From Nonlabens ponticola (lineage in GTDB: Bacteria; Bacteroidota; Bacteroidia; Flavobacteriales; Flavobacteriaceae): a stretch of DNA of 32,000 nt. The stretch spans positions 300,001-332,000 of the forward strand of contig NZ_CP034549.1 of the NCBI RefSeq assembly GCF_003966335.1, given 5' to 3'. Of the stretch, positions 29,101-32,000 are shown in pieces; position 1 is the stretch's first letter; the number at the start of each line of letters is the position of its first letter. A program made the position numbers and the translations under genes. The notes beneath the pieces were generated by a model. The model had not been told where the DNA came from. It was given only the letters and a program-made list of their open reading frames with translations, and made no database searches.

Positions 29101-29706
29101 ATTTTCCAATTCAGTGGTATATCAAAACCTACAATTATAATGATATCCATCTTCTTGAGTTTTATAGGTGTATTCCTAGGGTTGATGGCAACAGGATGGC
29201 CGTTTGTCATCATGATGACCATGATGGGAATCATATCGCTAGCTGGTATTGTGGTTAATAATAGTGTAGTACTGATCGATTACGTGGACATTTTGAAACT
29301 CAAGCGCCGCGAGGAATTAGGTATTGATGATGACAAGTACTTGATAAGTAAAGAAGATGCGTTTAAAGCCATCGTTCAAGCCGGTAAAGCCAGGTTGCGT
29401 CCAGTAATCTTGACGGCGATTACCACGGTTTTAGGATTGATACCGCTGGCGATAGGATTAAATATTGACTTCTTCTCACTATTCAATCAGTTTGATCCTA
29501 AAATTTATATGGGTGGTGACAATGTGATTTTCTGGGGTCCGCTAGCATGGACGGTAATCTTTGGATTGTTGTTTGCGACGTTCCTTACCTTGATCATCGT
29601 GCCAGTGCTATTATATCTTGTACATAGAGCCAAGCTGAGATTCCGCAGGAAGTTTGGTGATCAACCAGAAGAAGGTGAAGAAATTGGCGAGCGCACTGCT
29701 GCTTAA
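26197..29706 (+). CDS. Efflux RND permease subunit (AcrB/AcrD/AcrF family)
   Basis: This 1169-aa protein has a 12-TM architecture with two large periplasmic loops. GMLVDNGIVVVENV and GIVVNNSVVLIDY motifs are present. Confidence 0.93.
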   Translation: MAKKSEKEFGLSSWAINNSTVIWIIIALVLVLGLQGYFAMPREDYPEVKETKIYISSVYPGNTAEDIERLITEPLEDKLKNLSNVVEILSTSQEDYSIITVEFDEKLTVEDAKQKVKDEVDVETSNEDWPTFNGAKIEPNIFDLKMSEEIPIMNINLRGDYTVRELKTYAEYLEDEIEGLDQIKGADIRGAQELEVEIAVDIYKMTAAQVSFDNIINAVSGGNATMSAGNIKTESQRRTIRILGEITRPDQLERFVVKNENGPIYLTDIAEVSFKEEDKTTYARESGDPVVMIDVKKQSGKNTIVASESIREIIAQSQIEEIIPQDVSITVTNDNSSRTLNQVDDLVNNIIFGVILVVVVLMFFLGFRNALFVGFAIPMSMLMSFIILNGLGYTLNTMILFAMIMGLGMLVDNGIVVVENVYRLMDEEGMPRMRAAKIGIGEIAVPIIISTLTTVAAFVPIGLWPGVMGEFMKYFPITLSVVLGSSLIVAIFFNSMLVSKFMSIDEKVIPTKNLWWITAIMGGIGLLIIIFGGAVRGIGSIMVVTVILLWLYKYVIKGWATGFQNNFLKSLDNAYERFLKFALRGKKPYFFTAGMVVMFFGVLALYFGWSVASGRTKVEFFPENKPNQIIVYIEYPQGTAIEKTNRTTKQIEEVVYDVINDEEYIKNGRNFLVESTVSQVGEGAGNPQTDGGSAAEMPHKAKITASMREYKYRDGKDSEVLRKKIQEAVQGRFPGIAISVEKDQAGPPAGYPVNIELQGDDYSELIVTAERMVKFLNEKNIAPVDELKIDVNKSKPALQVKVDREKAGELGISAGQVGMQLRRSIFGEKAGVYKKDGEDYDIYVRFNEDDRYDRSALFNQRITFRDMATGQVKEVPVSAVTTTENVSGFSAIKHKDNQRVVTVYSALKPGYSDAGAAVAQIQNEMLDFEDLPSNIDIDYTGQLEEQNKQQAFLMTALMGGLALIFFILIFQFSGISKPTIIMISIFLSFIGVFLGLMATGWPFVIMMTMMGIISLAGIVVNNSVVLIDYVDILKLKRREELGIDDDKYLISKEDAFKAIVQAGKARLRPVILTAITTVLGLIPLAIGLNIDFFSLFNQFDPKIYMGGDNVIFWGPLAWTVIFGLLFATFLTLIIVPVLLYLVHRAKLRFRRKFGDQPEEGEEIGERTAA

Positions 29707-29727
29707 TACTGTATTGACTTTAAAAAT

Positions 29728-29759
29728 AAAAATGCCTCGCAATCACGAGGCATTTTTTT
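29728..29759. terminator. Bidirectional rho-independent terminator between convergent genes
   Basis: The sequence reads AAAA-ATGCCTCG / CAATCA / CGAGGCAT-TTTTTT, with an A-run on one side and a T-run on the other. Confidence 0.8.
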
Positions 29760-29763
29760 ATGA

Positions 29764-30093
29764 TTAACTGCCAGCAACAGGAGATCCAAATATACCAACA
29801 GCAAGCTCCACCCAAACAAGAGCAAGAAGTATGACTACCACAAAAATGAACACAAATGAGCGGTAGCCTTTTCTTCCTAACTTATTACGTATGATTTGGA
29901 TGGTGACGGAACCTGTAAAAAACAATAGAAAAGCCACCACAAAGTCCATGAGCGACCAATTTACCTCATCTGTAAATTGCATAGCGATGAATGGTACTAA
30001 CAGTATGGCGAGACAGGATAATACTATGGTTATGAACTGTCGTCCTGTAATAAAACTTGGTGTTGTTTTTCGTGGGCTCACTTGCAGTAACAA
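29764..30093 (-). CDS. Small integral membrane protein (about 3 TM helices), hypothetical
   Basis: This 109-aa ORF has three hydrophobic segments. I recognise no motif in it. Confidence 0.5.
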   Translation of the reverse strand: MLLQVSPRKTTPSFITGRQFITIVLSCLAILLVPFIAMQFTDEVNWSLMDFVVAFLLFFTGSVTIQIIRNKLGRKGYRSFVFIFVVVILLALVWVELAVGIFGSPVAGS

Positions 30094-30144
30094 ATTAAAA
30101 AACTAGCGATCCAGGTAATTTGTTTTTAGGCCGTTTAGAATTTA

Positions 30145-30185
30145 GCTTTCGCGCCTGCCTATCGGCGAGGCAGGAAAGCGTAATC
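30145..30185. repeat. Interrupted copy 8 of the palindrome: GCTTTCGCG + nested hairpin (CCTGCC-TATCGGCGA-GGCAGG) + AAAGCGTAATC
   Basis: Read directly from the sequence. The outer arms and the GTAATC flank (reverse complement GATTAC) match the intergenic copies. It is intergenic, between the PiT gene and the small membrane protein gene. Confidence 0.85.
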
Positions 30186-30194
30186 CTAAAACAC

Positions 30195-32000
30195 CTATTC
30201 ACTCTCGCTATCCCGATCAAATCGATTGACATCGTACTCAGTGTAGTACTGCTCTGCAATCTGGATAACGGTATTGAGTAGATCACGAGTTTCAAGCAGC
30301 AGTCCAAAGTAAAGCGTAGTGTTTTTAGGCGATTCGTCAGCGTCCTTGGTTCGTTTTACTTGCTTTTCGATTTTGTGATCCACCAGCACAAGAATCTCTC
30401 GCTTTTTATGAATAACGGCCTCTAGTTTCCCGAACTCCTTAGCAGAGAAGATTTGTTGAACCTCGCCAAAAATATCTTGAAGTTGCAAGATGATTTCCTT
30501 AAGGTCCTTAATCTGATTAAATTTTAGGCTCTTGTGATTGTTATTGATGTGATCTGCGCTTGCCTTAGAGATGTAATCCAGTGATTGCGATACATCTTGC
30601 AAGTGACCCAAGACATTTATGTAGAATTTACTGGCACCGATGCTTGTCTCGTCCAGATTCTTGATAAAAAAGTAGATATTGTTGCGCAGGTTATCGATCT
30701 CGCCAGCGAGTTTTTTACTCACCTTGCGGCTTTTTTTAAGACTACTTAAATCCTGCGTCATAAGACCTTCCAGTGTGTTTTGATACATGTGCTTACCGCG
30801 TTTGAAAACGGTAGATACGATATCGCTACTTTCCTCTATAATACCTTGAATGGTATTGCTCTCGGCGCGTTTGAGCTCGTCTGTCGCCTTTTGTACATTT
30901 TGAGATTTCTTGTGCATCAAGAAACTGCGTGTGATAAGAACGATAGCAAGCGCCACCAGACCAACAATAGCGTACATACCACCCATGTAAATGATGTAGG
31001 CAAATATGGCAGCGGCAGTAAAGGCGCTAAAAGCGGTAAAAAACCAACCACCTATTACGTTTAATACACCAGCGATGCGGTAAACGGCACTCTCGGTACC
31101 CCAAGCGCGGTCTGCGAGCGAGGTTCCCATGGCTACCATAAAAGTTACATAGGTTGTGGAAAGTGGCAATTTGTATGAGGTTGCAACAGATATAAGCACA
31201 CTGGCCACCATCAGATTGACCGACGCGCGCACATAATCAAATGCTGGTCTATCTGCATTTCTAGGAACTAAAGTAGATTCTGGAGCCTTCTCAAATTTTG
31301 AAGCGATATACTTATTGGCATTTGCCGGCATGATGCGCTTGATACCTTCGGCAGCGACGAGTGAGTAGCGTACTAGATATCTAGAAAGGGCATTCGCCTG
31401 AAAACGCTCTGTACCGCTGTCTTGACGAGCTAGATCGACTGATGTTTTTACAACGGCTTGAGCCTTTGAAGAGAACCAAAGCGTCAACACCATGATGATA
31501 CCAGCGACCATGAGCAGCCATTTCTGGCTAGGCAATTTGCCTGCGAGTGCGTCCATGGTAAAGTCTGCCGGTGATCCAGCGGCTTGCCACACATTATATG
31601 CGTCATAGGCACCTATGGGTACACCAATAAAGTTTACCAAGTCATTACCGGCAAAGGCCATCGCCAGGCCAAAGGTTCCCATGATAATGATCAACTTGTA
31701 GATATCCCATTTGATCACGTACACATAAATCAAACTGAAAATCGTCCAAAACACAAAGCCATAGGCCAACGTGGTGTAAACGTTTGAAGTGTATTCAAAA
31801 ATAAAGTTGAGTGCTCCTAGATCTGCACCCTTTAATCCTTTTACAAGGATGAAATAATACAAACTGGTGAGTGACAAACCTCCAAAAATCCCAGCCAAAA
31901 AAGCTGGACGCTTGCGGTAGTTAAACGTGAGCATAAGCCTAGACAAAAACTGCACAACGGCACCTATGGTAAAGGCCACCACTACCGATAGTAGAATGCC
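30195..32000 (-). CDS. PiT-family inorganic phosphate transporter with a C-terminal cytoplasmic PhoU-like domain. It is 5'-truncated by the window edge.
   Basis: The PHO4-like core carries GNDLVNFIGVP and multiple TM helices. The last ~230 aa are soluble and helical, with PhoU-like repeats (..LAGEIDNLRNNIYFFI.., ..LLETRDLLNTVIQIAEQY). The frame stays open to nt 32000. Confidence 0.85.
   Translation of the reverse strand, partial: GILLSVVVAFTIGAVVQFLSRLMLTFNYRKRPAFLAGIFGGLSLTSLYYFILVKGLKGADLGALNFIFEYTSNVYTTLAYGFVFWTIFSLIYVYVIKWDIYKLIIIMGTFGLAMAFAGNDLVNFIGVPIGAYDAYNVWQAAGSPADFTMDALAGKLPSQKWLLMVAGIIMVLTLWFSSKAQAVVKTSVDLARQDSGTERFQANALSRYLVRYSLVAAEGIKRIMPANANKYIASKFEKAPESTLVPRNADRPAFDYVRASVNLMVASVLISVATSYKLPLSTTYVTFMVAMGTSLADRAWGTESAVYRIAGVLNVIGGWFFTAFSAFTAAAIFAYIIYMGGMYAIVGLVALAIVLITRSFLMHKKSQNVQKATDELKRAESNTIQGIIEESSDIVSTVFKRGKHMYQNTLEGLMTQDLSSLKKSRKVSKKLAGEIDNLRNNIYFFIKNLDETSIGASKFYINVLGHLQDVSQSLDYISKASADHINNNHKSLKFNQIKDLKEIILQLQDIFGEVQQIFSAKEFGKLEAVIHKKREILVLVDHKIEKQVKRTKDADESPKNTTLYFGLLLETRDLLNTVIQIAEQYYTEYDVNRFDRDSESE

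Noticed and set aside
30095-30307. A 70-aa minus-strand ORF spanning the interrupted palindrome.
   Set aside because: It overlaps the 3' end of the PiT gene, runs through a structured repeat, and has low-complexity content with no start context.
1-32000. A search for tRNA/rRNA genes, CRISPR arrays, integrases or transposases, prophage genes, toxin-antitoxin pairs and known defence genes.
   Set aside because: None of the characteristic sequences or protein motifs were seen. The gene content is housekeeping and efflux-related, so no such feature is reported.

Overview
This window looks like a core chromosomal segment of a Flavobacteriia (Bacteroidota) genome. Supporting signs are a T9SS-type C-terminal sorting domain on a secreted glycoside hydrolase, TAnnTTTG-type -7 boxes, a DUF2723-like protein and lipoprotein-type signal peptides. 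I can support about 25 protein genes, tightly packed and mostly housekeeping. They include polA, a DHFR (folA) joined in-frame to a 2TM membrane module, fabD, sucA-sucB, a polyprenyl synthetase, a TetR-TolC-MFP-RND efflux operon, a PiT phosphate transporter, a GH16 glucanase, a CE4 deacetylase, a metallophosphoesterase and two alpha/beta hydrolases. I see no rRNA, tRNA, CRISPR array, transposase, integrase or recognisable defence genes, so I cannot point to a multi-gene novel system. The most unusual signal is at the DNA level. A perfect 14-bp palindrome, GCTTTCGCGAAAGC, occurs 7 times, plus one copy split by a nested hairpin. Roughly 1e-4 occurrences would be expected by chance. The copies are spread every ~2-6.5 kb, lie in intergenic DNA and inside unrelated conserved genes, and are read in all three frames (AFAKA, LSRKL, SFRES). 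That pattern resembles uptake-signal or HIP1-like iterated motifs rather than a classical intergenic REP or MITE. Secondary oddities are the 2TM-DHFR in-frame fusion, a (TGACAGT)x4 tandem repeat upstream of fabD and a cysteine-free thioredoxin-fold protein. There is also a tandem pair of divergent secreted paralogs inserted between fabD and sucB, and a perfect 10-bp inverted repeat over the TetR promoter. All functional calls come from motif recognition by eye; no database searches were run.
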